Assembly: GCA_963822975.1 (NCBI GenBank)
Contig: CAWGJV010000027.1
Coordinates: forward strand, 8,885-72,884
Source of the DNA: an uncultured Alphaproteobacteria bacterium
GTDB lineage: Bacteria; Pseudomonadota; Alphaproteobacteria; Rhizobiales; Kaistiaceae
Direction: 5' to 3'
Length of the DNA stretch: 64,000 bases
Shown here: piece by piece, positions 20,994 through 29,437 of the stretch
Layout: each line of letters begins with the position of its first letter
How positions within the stretch are numbered: the stretch's first letter is position 1
The notes under the pieces: model-generated
Told to the model about the DNA's origin: nothing
The model's database searches: none
The model's input: only the letters and a program-made list of their open reading frames with translations
Made by a program: the position numbers and the translations under genes

Positions 20994-21974
20994 GCCGTCA
21001 GCGAGACCATGATCTGGCGCTTGCCCTTGAACGGCCGACGGCCGTGGGCAATCGCCTGATTGTCGACCACCAGAACATCGCCCGTGCGCCAGGTGAACAG
21101 CGTCTCCTCGGCGGCCAGCACGTCCACGATTGCGCGAATGTCTTCCTCGGGGATCGGGCTGCCGTCACCGAAGTATGCCATCTTCGGGTAGTGCATCGGA
21201 TCGGCATAGGTGCGGGCGAGCGCCGCTGCTGCGACGGGGGGCAAGCTGCCCGGGTGAAAGTTGCTCGCCTGGTTTCCCCAGTACCGCCGGCCGGTGACCG
21301 AGTGGGTGCGGATCGACGGCGCGCGCATGATGACCCGCAGACCGCCCTCGGCGGTCCACTCGAACTCCAGCCCCTTCGCGCGGATGCGCTCCTCGACCTC
21401 CTCGCGATTGTCGCTCTGGTAGGTCTTCTGCCAGGAATTGCCGAAGCCTTGTCCGCCGTGAAGGTTCATGACGTACATCAGGTTCTTCTCGGCGAAACGG
21501 CCGACGAGTGCGGGATCGAGACGGTTGAGCACCCGGCGCATATCGCCGAGCGGCGTCTCCCCGCCGCTCTCCGGCGGGAATGCGCAACTGAACCAGACGA
21601 CTTCGGGGATGGCCTCGAAATAGGTCGCTTCGCAATGCAGCGGAATCGACGCCGACTGCGCGTACTCCGTCGAGGTGAAGACCTCGCCGGCGATGCGCGA
21701 ACGGGGCGAACCGCCGCCCACATAGGAATAGGGTTTGCCGTTCAGGGACCGGACGACCGCGCTGAAACCGGCAGCATCGCCGACGTCGAAGCCGCGGAAG
21801 AGCAGCGCTCCCTTGTCGTAGAAGCGCTTCGAGGACCGCTGTCTGATGCTCGCCGATCAGTTCCGCCAGGCTGCAATTCGCGCCCGGCTCAATCAGCGCC
21901 GCCAGACTTGTCTCGACCGAGCCGAATGAAGACGGGAATTCGTCCTGGCGACGATTGGACTCCGATCGCGGCAT
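20990..21974 (-). pseudogene. TauD/TfdA (clavaminate-synthase-like) Fe(II)/2-oxoglutarate dioxygenase, 1 frame disruption
   Basis: The C-terminal 243 codons are contiguous, with ..SIPLHCEATYFE.. (HxE) and ..VVDNQAIAHGRRPFKGKR.. (distal His plus Arg). The N-terminus MPRSESN..AELIGEHQTAVLEA joins FYDKGALLFRGFDVGDAAGF.. after a switch near 21825. The stop overlaps the next start (ATGA, 20990-20993). Confidence 0.75.
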
Positions 21975-22118
21975 GACATTTCCCATGATACTTCTGGGCG
22001 TGTCTGCCCATCATATCAAATAGCGGCGTCCCGTGAACCGGACCCTGTGCGTCGGTTGTTCCGGGCCGGAACGGTAACCGCAGAGTCCCGGTTTGCCGAT
22101 GTCCGGGCAGAGGGTTCG

Positions 22119-22147
22119 CGGCCGCCGCGGCGCAACCGCGGCGGCCG
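22119..22147 (-). terminator. Strong GC hairpin downstream of the HU-like gene (terminator/insulator candidate)
   Basis: A perfect 12-bp stem CGGCCGCCGCGG / CCGCGGCGGCCG with the loop CGCAA lies 43-71 nt past the HU stop. There is no U tract on either strand. Confidence 0.3.
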
Positions 22148-22189
22148 GACTGGCGTTGAGCGAACCCCCTTGCCGGGGCCGTGCAGCGT

Positions 22190-22555
22190 TTACGGCGCGG
22201 CCGCCGCCTTCAATTTCGACAGGGCCCGAATCTTCACCCGGACACTCGCCGGCTTCGCGGCGCCCTTCATCATCTCGCCGGTGGCCGGGTTCCGGATCAA
22301 CGTTCCCGCTTTGCGGGCAGGCACCTTGCGCAGCGTGACCTTCAGCAGTCCAGGCAGCGTGAATTCGCCTACACCGCGCGGATGAATCGACCCCAGGAGC
22401 ACCTTCTCCAATGTGGCGAAGACACCGGCCGCGGTGGCGCGGGAGAGGTCATTCTCTTCGGCAATGAGGCCGATGAGGGCTGACTTGGTAAGGGCGTCCT
22501 TCACCGGACGCACGGTCTGAGCGCTGGATTTGCCGGATTTCTTCGTCGTCGCCAA
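22190..22555 (-). CDS. HU/IHF-family DNA-binding protein with Lys-rich N-terminal extension
   Basis: 121-aa ORF. TTG start lies 6 nt after GAGGAG. The core ..LIGLIAEENDLSRATAAGVFATLEKVL..FTLPGLLKVTLRKVPARKAGTLIRNPATGEMM..VRVKIRAL matches the HU fold, including the beta-arm RNPxTGE. The N-terminus reads MATTKKSGKSSAQTVRPVK. Confidence 0.8.
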   Translation of the reverse strand: MATTKKSGKSSAQTVRPVKDALTKSALIGLIAEENDLSRATAAGVFATLEKVLLGSIHPRGVGEFTLPGLLKVTLRKVPARKAGTLIRNPATGEMMKGAAKPASVRVKIRALSKLKAAAAP

Positions 22556-22706
22556 AGTCGTTCTCCTCGGTCGGTGGGTTGCTGGGTGTGCGGGCTTGTA
22601 GCCCGTGCAGGGCTGGACGGCTAGCCGTCAGCCCCAATAATCAGACCGTGCCAACAACGGCGGCCAAGAGGGCATGCGGCGGTCGCCGTGATCGCCCCCG
22701 GGGCGG

Positions 22707-24528
22707 TCACTTCCCCTCGATCTCCTCCCGGCGGAGTTCGGCGCCAAGCCACGCCTCTTCGGCTCGCGCCACTTCATCGCGGGCCGCCGCCAGCGCCGCA
22801 CTGGATGCCGCGAAGGCTCTTCGGGTCACGCTGAAAAAGGCTCGGGTCCGAGAGCGTCGTTTCCAGGCGCAGCACCTCGGCCGTGAGGGCCTCGATCCTC
22901 GCCGGCAAGGTCTTCAGTGCATGTTGGTCGGCGAAAGTCAGGCGGCGGCGCGGTTCCGGTCGCGTCGGGGCTGTCTCGGCGGGCCATTGCGACGCGCGCG
23001 GCCGTGTGGGCGCGGCGGGCCTGGCGCCGATGCCGCGGCCGCGCTGTGCCACCATGTCGGAATAGCCGCCGGCATATTCCGTCCACACGCCATCCCCGTC
23101 GGAGGCGATCACCGAGGTTACGACGCGGTCGAGGAAATCGCGGTCGTGGCTGACGAGAAGCAGCGTGCCGGGATAGGCGGCGAGCATTTCCTGCAGCAGG
23201 TCGAGGGTCTCGAGGTCGAGGTCGTTGGTCGGCTCGTCGAGGACGAGGAGATTGGATGGCTGGGCCAGGGCGCGGGCAAGCATCAGCCGGCCGCGCTCGC
23301 CGCCGGAAAGCGCCTTCAAGGGAGAGCGCGCTTGCTCCGGCCGGAACAGGAAGTCCTTCATGTAGCCGACGACATGGCGCGCTTCGCCATTGACCAGGAC
23401 GGTGTCGCCCCGCTCCCCGGTGAGGACCCCGGAGACCGTCATTTCCGGGTCAAGGCTCTCGCGCCCCTGGTCGAGGGTGGCGACGGCCAGGTTGGTGCCG
23501 AGCCGCACGGTGCCGGCATCGGGCTCTGCCGCGCCGGTCAGGAGATTGAGCAGCGTTGTCTTGCCGGCACCGTTCGGACCGACGATGCCGACGCGGTCGC
23601 CGCGCTCGATCCTTGCGCTGAGATCGCGCACGATCGGCCGGTCGCCGTAGCTCTTTGATACCTTGTCCGCCTCGATCACCAGCTTGCCGGAGAGGCGTGC
23701 ATCCTGAACGGCGAGCGTCACCTCGCCGGGTGGTGCGCTTGCCTTGCGGCGGACGCGCTCGCGCCTGAGGTCCTGGAGGGCTCGCAGCCGTCCCTGGTTG
23801 CGCTTCCGCCTGGCGCTCACGCCGTAGCGGAGCCAGTCCTCCTCGCGCGCAATGGTGCGGTCGAGCTTGTGGCGATCGATTTCCTCCTCGGCCAGCGCGG
23901 CGTCGCGCCATGCCTCGAAATCGGCGAAGCCGCGGTCCAGACGACGGGTCGCGCCGCGATCGAGCCATAGCGTCGCGCGGCCCAGATTCTCCAGAAACCG
24001 GCGATCATGGCTGATGAGGACCATCGCCGAGCGGGTTCCGACAAGGGCGTTCTCGAGATCTTCGATGGCCGCCACGTCGAGGTGGTTGGTCGGCTCGTCG
24101 AGGAGAAGAATGTCAGGATCGGGCGCCAGTGTGCGGGCAAGCGCCGCGCGCCGTATCTCGCCGCCCGAAAGGCGAGCGGGATCCTCGTCACCGGTGAGGC
24201 CGAGTTGCTCGAGAAGCCTTCGCGCCGGGTGCAAATCGTCGCCGGGGGCAAGGCCCGCCTGGACGAACGCGCTTGTTGTATTGAAGCCGCGCAGGTCCGG
24301 TTCCTGCGGCAGATAGCGGATGGTCACGCCGGGCTGCAGGAAGCGGCGTCCGGCGTCCGGCTCGACCAGCCCGGCGGCGATCTTCAGGAGCGTCGATTTG
24401 CCGGTGCCGTTTCGTCCAACCAGACAGAGACGCTCGCCGGCGCTGACCGACAACCCGGCGCCGCTCAGAAGCGGCGCGCCGCCGAAGGTGAGGTGAATGT
24501 CCTGGAGGAGGAGAAGGGGGGCTGCCAT
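22707..24528 (-). pseudogene. uup: ABC-F family ATPase (Uup-like), 1 frame disruption near the 3' end
   Basis: Two NBDs are present (GRNGTGKST, LSGGEIRRAALAR, LLLDEPTNHLD; GPNGAGKTT, LSGGERGRLMLAR, LVLDEPTNDLD) with no TM domain. The likely start is MAAPLLLLQDIHLTF at 24528. The ORF stops at 22774. A switch near 22815 restores the typical coiled-coil tail FAASSAALAAARDEVARAEEAWLGAELRREEIEGK*, ending at 22707. Confidence 0.8.
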
Positions 24529-24850
24529 CGTTGAAGCCAGCCGTTTAGCGCAGCGATGCGTTGGTGAACAGCCTGGTGCACGGCTCACCCAGTCGGTGGC
24601 AGCGCCATCCGGCCGTGCGGCACGGTCGGAACGGTCGCCGCGCGTTCCATGTCGAGGCTCTTCAGATGGATGCTTCGTTCGATGCGCGGTAAGGCTTGCC
24701 TAACCATGCCGTGGACGGGAAAGCCGGCAGGGCGAACGTTGTTCTCGGCGGTCTGGGGTATATCGTTGCGGCTGTCTCCGGTGGCGGCCTCCAATTCGGG
24801 GTCGGCGGGGGAGAGAGAAGGACGATGTTTCGATACGGAGCCGAACCGGC

Positions 24851-25412
24851 ATGACGGCGTGGATCGTTGCGGCGATCGCCGCGGCGGTGGCCGCGTACGG
24901 CGTCGTGCTGTTCAACCGGCTGGTGAAGGCCCGGCAGATGGCGGCGGAGGGCTGGAGCGGCATCGACGTGCAGCTCAAGCGCCGCGCCGATCTCGTCCCC
25001 AATCTCGTTGACACGGTCAAGGGTTATGCGGCCCACGAGCGAACGTTGTTCGAGGAGATCGCCCGTCTGAGGACCGCGATCACGGCGGCCAATGGCGGCG
25101 ATGTTGGCGAGCGCGAGCGGCTCGAGAAGTCGATGTCGGGCGCGCTGACGAAGCTGATGGCGCTCGCCGAGGCCTATCCCGACCTCAAGGCGAGCGAAAC
25201 CTTTCGCGACCTGCAGGGCCAACTCGCCGGCCTCGAGGACGAGATCCAGATGGCGCGGCGCTACTACAACGGCGCGGCCCGAAACCTCAACGTTCTGGTG
25301 GAGACCTTTCCGAGCAATCTGCTGGCGAACGTTTTTTCCTTCGGCAAGCGCGATTATTTCGAGATCGAGGAGGCCGACAGGGCAGCTGCCGGGGGTCGCC
25401 TTTGGCACCTAG
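24851..25412 (+). pseudogene. LemA family protein, 1 frame disruption at a G5 run
   Basis: Starts with an N-terminal TM helix and NRLV (MTAWIVAAIAAAVAAYGVVLFNRLVKARQ..), then ..RRADLVPNLVDTVKGYAAHER..AEAYPDLKASETFRDLQ..MARRYYNGAARNLN. Removing one G from 25391-25395 gives the expected end ..EEADRAAAGVAFGT* (TAG 25410-25412). Confidence 0.8.
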
Positions 25413-25425
25413 AGAAGCTCACCGG

Positions 25426-27405
25426 ATGCCGGCCTGGCTGCGGAGCGTGCTTGGTGTCCTCGGCGTGCTGGCGGCCGCCATCTATGTTGCGGCGCCGGCA
25501 TGGGCGGCTGAACAGATCCTGTCTTCAATTCGGTCGTGACCGTCCGCGCCGACGATACGCTCGCCGTGACGGAGACCATCCGCGTGCGCGCCGAAGGCAA
25601 CGCGATCAAGCGCGGCATCTACCGCGATTTCCCGCTGATCTTCGTCGACGGCGACGGCAATCGCCACCGCGTCTCGTTCCGGCTCATCGGCGTTGAACGG
25701 GACGGCAAGCCCGAACCGCATCACGAGGTCTGGAACGATCGCGGCGTGCGTGTCTATGCCGGCGAACAGGATGTCTTCCTGCGGACAGGCGTCTACACCT
25801 ACCGGATCCGCTACGAAACCGGCCGCCAGGTCCGCTTCCTGCCCGATCACACCGAGCTTTTCTGGAATGTCACCGGCAACGACTGGGCCTTTCCGATCCT
25901 GCGCTCGGTCGCCGCCATCCGGCTGCCTCAGGGGGCGGCACCGGTACGGTGGACCGCCTATACCGGCCGCTTCGGCGAGAAGGGCGGGGACTTCACCGGT
26001 CGCATCGACGGCGACAACGCGCTGATCGTGTCGACGACGCGGGCACTGGCGCCGGGCGAGGGCCTGTCGGTGGTCGCCGAGATTCCTGCCGGGACTTGTC
26101 GCGATGCCGAGCGGAACGCAGAAGCTCTACTACTTCTTCCTCGACTACCGGCGCTACGTGTTTGGGGGCCTCGGCTTTCTCGGCGTGCTGATCTTCTACC
26201 TGCTTGCCTGGCGGTCGGTCGGGCGCGATCCCCCCAAGGGAATCGTCATCCCGCTTTTCCATCCACCGTCGGGCGTCTCGCCGGCGCTTGCCGGCTATAT
26301 CCGCGACTGGGGCTGGCACGGCCCCGGCTGGCGCGCCTTCACGGCCGCGGCCATCTCGCTGGCGGTCAGGGGACTGATGATCTTCGACGATTCCGGGGAG
26401 AGCCTTGTTCTCAAGCGGACGGAGAAGAAGCCGGCGGAGAAGCTGCCGCCGGGCGAGCGGTCGATCCTCGACTGGGTCGACGGGCGTGGCGGAACGGTCA
26501 TTGTCGACAAGGACAGCGGCAAGAGCATCGCCACGGCGCTCTCGGCGTTCAAGGCAAGCCTGGAAGGCGAGAACCGCAACCGCTTCTTCAGACGCAACCT
26601 CGGCTATTTCGCCATCGGCGGCATTCTGACCCTGGCGACGCTGGCGGTCGTGCTGTTCTTCGGCGACCTCAGCGAGGGCGAGATCGCCGCGCTGTTCATC
26701 GTCGGCTTCGCCAGCGTGTTTCTCGGCGTCTTCATCGCGCCATTGGTCCGCATGCTGTTCGGCGGGCGCGGTGTCCGGTCGGTCGTCGTGGCGGCGCTCA
26801 ACGTCGTGGTTCTGCTCTTCATCGGCGGCTCGTTCGTCTCGGTGTTCGCATCGAGCAGGCAGTCGCTGCCGGAGGGATTCGGCAGGTCGCTGATCGACGC
26901 GATCCTCAGCAACGGCTTCCCCTTCGTGCTGATCGGCGGCTTTGCCGCGATGAACGGCCTGTTCTTCTACCTGCTGCGCGCGCCGACCGCCGCCGGCCGC
27001 GAGGTGATGGACCAGATCGAGGGGCTGGAGCTCTACATCCGCACCGCCGAGACCCCGCGCCTGAACGCGGCCGATGTCCCGGAACTCGACGAGACGCAGT
27101 TCGAGCGGCTGTTGCCCTACGCCATCGCGCTTCATGCCGAGAAGCCGTGGTCGGAGGCATTCGCCTCGGCTTTCGCACGGGCGCATCCGGGAGAAGCGGC
27201 GACGTTTGCCTATGCGCCGGCGTGGCACGGCGGACATGGCTGGAGCGGTTCGAACCTGGCGAGTTCGCTGTCGTCGTCGGTCTCGTCCGCCCAGGGCTCG
27301 TTCGCCAGTTCCGTCCCCGCCCCCTCGTCCTCGTCGTCCGGGTTCTCGGGCGGCGGCGGTGGCTCAGGCGGCGGTGGTGGCGGCGGCGGTGGCGGCGGCT
27401 GGTGA
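25426..27405 (+). pseudogene. DUF2207-family membrane protein (LemA partner), 2 frame disruptions
   Basis: Signal peptide MPAWLRSVLGVLGVLAAAIYVAAPAWA, then an extracytoplasmic domain (..NAIKRGIYRDFPLIF..FWNVTGNDWAFPI..), several TM helices and a Gly-rich tail. Switches are near 25523 (ILS/FNSVV) and about 26092. Confidence 0.7.
27349..27399 (+). repeat. Coding GGY trinucleotide tract (poly-Gly tail of the DUF2207 protein)
   Basis: Sixteen of seventeen consecutive codons are GGC/GGT; one TCA (Ser) interrupts the run. They encode GGGGGSGGGGGGGGGGG directly before W-stop. Confidence 0.85.
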
Positions 27406-27430
27406 CGCGATCTGCGCCGGCGCCATTCCG

Positions 27431-28189
27431 CTAGGCGCTCTGCTCCGGCTCGACATGCACCGGCTGATGACCGGCCATGGCCGGTGTGGCGGCATTGGTC
27501 TCGGCTTGTGACGACAGGTCAGCGCCGACGAACTGGTAGCCGAGGTAGCGCTTGGCGTCGATCACGTCGCAGCCGAGCTGCAGGCGGAGCTTCTTGCGCA
27601 GCTTGCTGACGTGGCCTTCGATGACGACTTCGTCGACCTTGTCCTCGAACAGCCCGTAGACCGCGTTGAAGATCTGGGTCTTGGTGACGCGCCGATGGGC
27701 GTTGCGCGCCAGGAACTCCAGGATGTGGCGCTCGCGCCGGGGCAGGAGCAGCGGCGTGCCGTCGATCTCGACGTCGCGGCCGTCGAAGAACATCCTCAGG
27801 CGGCTGGAGCTGATCTGGCGATGGGCGTGGTTGATCCGCCGCCAGATGGCATCGGAGCGCGCCATCAGCTCGCGCACGTGAACCGGCTTGCGCACGACAT
27901 CGTCGATGCCGGCGGTGAAAAGCTCCAGCGTGGCGTCCAGCGAGCGGACATCGGCCAGCGCGATGATTGGCGCGTTCGTGCGGGAGCGGATGAGCTGGGG
28001 AATCCCCGGACGCTCGTCAAAGTCGCCGAGCAGGCAGCTCTGTACGGCCTCGATGTCGCCAGGAGAGGATGTTCTCAGCCACTCGCCGAATTCCGGCGGG
28101 CGGAAACCCAGGCTCGCGACACCTTCGCTCCGGAACGACGACACATAGGCGTCGGTTACTTCCGGACGTTCGTCCACAAGCACATACAT
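27431..28189 (-). CDS. ftcR: OmpR-type flagellar master response regulator (FtcR/Rem-like)
   Basis: The 252-aa protein starts MYVLVDERPEVTDAYVSSFRSEGV. The string ..LELFTAGIDDVVRKPVHVRELMARSDAIWRR matches remembered Brucella FtcR. The C-terminal winged helix reads ..LLLPRRERHILEFLARN..VIEGHVSKLRKKL. The gene sits at the edge of the flagellar locus next to SLT, fliK and motBC, as in Brucella-type loci. Confidence 0.8.
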   Translation of the reverse strand: MYVLVDERPEVTDAYVSSFRSEGVASLGFRPPEFGEWLRTSSPGDIEAVQSCLLGDFDERPGIPQLIRSRTNAPIIALADVRSLDATLELFTAGIDDVVRKPVHVRELMARSDAIWRRINHAHRQISSSRLRMFFDGRDVEIDGTPLLLPRRERHILEFLARNAHRRVTKTQIFNAVYGLFEDKVDEVVIEGHVSKLRKKLRLQLGCDVIDAKRYLGYQFVGADLSSQAETNAATPAMAGHQPVHVEPEQSA

Positions 28190-28297
28190 GCTGCCCCCAA
28201 TATGCTTCAGCAATCGTTTGCACAGGCCGGCGCAAATGACTCGGAAACAGGACAACGCATGCGAACTCGCGGCGAGGTGCAGTCTCGCCGCGACGTG

Positions 28298-28313
28298 GTT
28301 AACCAAGTCCTAA
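28298..28313 (-). promoter_or_regulatory. CtrA-type box candidate upstream of ftcR
   Basis: The minus strand reads TTAG-N7-TTAAC, one mismatch from TTAA-N7-TTAAC. It lies 109-124 nt upstream of the ftcR ATG, in a 167-nt intergenic region. Confidence 0.35.
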
Positions 28314-28356
28314 TGCTGGGGGGAGATCGCGCGAAAGTTGTCGCGACGCCGGCCGC

Positions 28357-28743
28357 TCAGGCGTTGCCGAGAACCGCGGCGATGCGGTCCTTGAGGGTCT
28401 GCGAATCGAAGGGCTTCAGAACGTAGGCTGCCGCGCCGGCCTCCGCGGCGCTCGCCGCCTTGTCGGGCACCGCGTCGGCGCTGACCAGAATGATCGGCGT
28501 GCCCTTCAGGGCCTCGTCCGACTTCGCCTGGCGGACCAGTTCCAGCCCGTCAACCGGCGCCATGTGCAGGTCGGAAATCACCAGGCCGTACTGGCGTTCG
28601 CGCATCTTCGAGAGCGCTTCCTCGCCATCGGCGGCCTCGTCGACTTCGCTGAAGCCGGCCTGACGCAGCAGGCTGCGCATGATGCGCACCACGGTCTGGT
28701 AGTCGTCGACCACGAGGATCGGCGTGGAAAAATCGAGAGACAT
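28357..28743 (-). CDS. Single-domain CheY-like response regulator
   Basis: The 128-aa ORF has all canonical receiver residues in context: ILVVDDY, LVISDLHM (phospho-acceptor Asp), ILVSAD and YVLKPF. Confidence 0.85.
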   Translation of the reverse strand: MSLDFSTPILVVDDYQTVVRIMRSLLRQAGFSEVDEAADGEEALSKMRERQYGLVISDLHMAPVDGLELVRQAKSDEALKGTPIILVSADAVPDKAASAAEAGAAAYVLKPFDSQTLKDRIAAVLGNA

Positions 28744-28841
28744 GCCTGCACCCGCCCGTCATTCTTTTGGTGTTGGCGGGCAATCTAGCGCGGGCGGATG
28801 AAAATTCGGCGAGGCCGGTCGCCGGCGTTTTAGGCAATGGC

Positions 28842-28857
28842 GTAACCATTCGTTAAC
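28842..28857. promoter_or_regulatory. CtrA-type box candidate upstream of the cheY-like gene
   Basis: The plus strand reads GTAA-CCATTCG-TTAAC, one mismatch from TTAA-N7-TTAAC. It lies 99-114 nt upstream of the cheY-like start, in a 130-nt intergenic region. Confidence 0.35.
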
Positions 28858-28873
28858 CGGCCGGGCCGGCTCC

Positions 28874-29437
28874 TCAGTGGCAGAAAGCGCGGGCCTGGTC
28901 GGTCCAACTGCCGAAGCCGGTCGCCACCATGTTGGTGATGACGGTGCAGACGTACTTCTTCTGCGCCGGATTGTTGTTTGGCCCGGCGTGATAGCGGGCG
29001 ACGGCGAGCGTCCAGCTGCCTTCCTGGGTGCGCAGGGTCTTCAGGAAGCGCGCGGCGTAGTCGACGTTTGCCCGCGGCTGGAACATCCTCGCGACCGAGG
29101 GAAACTGGTCGCCATGGAAGCGGTGGTTGATCTGCATGCAGCCGATGTCGATCAGTGAGACGCCGGCGGCGCGGGCTTCGTCGAAGCGCTTGAGGGCATC
29201 CTGGAGACCACTGGCAAAATAGGCCGTGCCGGCAATGTTCATGGCGAAGGGCTGGAGCGATTCCTTGTGGCCGGATTCGGTCAGCCCGACCGCGTAGAGC
29301 ACGCCGAGCGGCACGTCGTATTTGGCCGAGGCGGCGCGCATCTCGGCTTCGCAGGCATTGCCGCCGGTCGCCGCCAGCGCGGGCCGGGCATCAGATGTAA
29401 AGACCGCCAGTGCCGCGATCAGGAGAGCGATTTTCAT
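28874..29437 (-). CDS. Secreted lytic transglycosylase (SLT domain), flagellum-associated
   Basis: Signal peptide MKIALLIAALAVFTSDARPALA, then the SLT catalytic context ..LYAVGLTESGH.., ..GCMQINHRFH.. and ..AVARYHAGPNN. The position between fliK and the regulators matches rhizobial flagellar loci. Confidence 0.75.
   Translation of the reverse strand: MKIALLIAALAVFTSDARPALAATGGNACEAEMRAASAKYDVPLGVLYAVGLTESGHKESLQPFAMNIAGTAYFASGLQDALKRFDEARAAGVSLIDIGCMQINHRFHGDQFPSVARMFQPRANVDYAARFLKTLRTQEGSWTLAVARYHAGPNNNPAQKKYVCTVITNMVATGFGSWTDQARAFCH

Noticed and set aside
17634-21059. 1141-aa ORF on the plus strand, the longest in the track
   Set aside because: It lies exactly antisense to the NRPS-like and TauD genes. 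Its translation is Arg/Ala/Gly-rich low-complexity sequence with no recognisable motif. Long antisense ORFs are expected in GC-rich DNA because stop codons are rare.
24529-24850. 69-aa minus-strand ORF (24585-24794) in the 322-nt uup / lemA divergent intergenic region as a small gene
   Set aside because: It has no ribosome-binding site or recognisable motif, and its composition is similar to the shadow ORFs. The region is more simply a divergent promoter region.
27349-27399. Tandem GGC/GGT repeat considered as a CRISPR array, VNTR or non-coding repeat
   Set aside because: It is a 3-nt periodic tract in frame with the DUF2207 gene and encodes its poly-Gly tail. There are no spacers or 20-40-nt repeats. 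No CRISPR-like array was seen anywhere in the window.
27414-27423. GCGCCGGCGC palindrome between the convergent DUF2207 and ftcR genes as a terminator
   Set aside because: It is a 10-nt self-complementary string with no loop and no flanking T tract. It is too short to call a terminator.
17000-27430. The 17-27 kb stretch as a mobile or genomic island, a defence island or a prophage remnant
   Set aside because: I saw no integrase, transposase, tRNA attachment site, flanking direct repeats or recognisable defence/toxin-antitoxin genes. HU, Uup and LemA/DUF2207 are ordinary chromosomal genes, and codon style looks the same as in the flanks.
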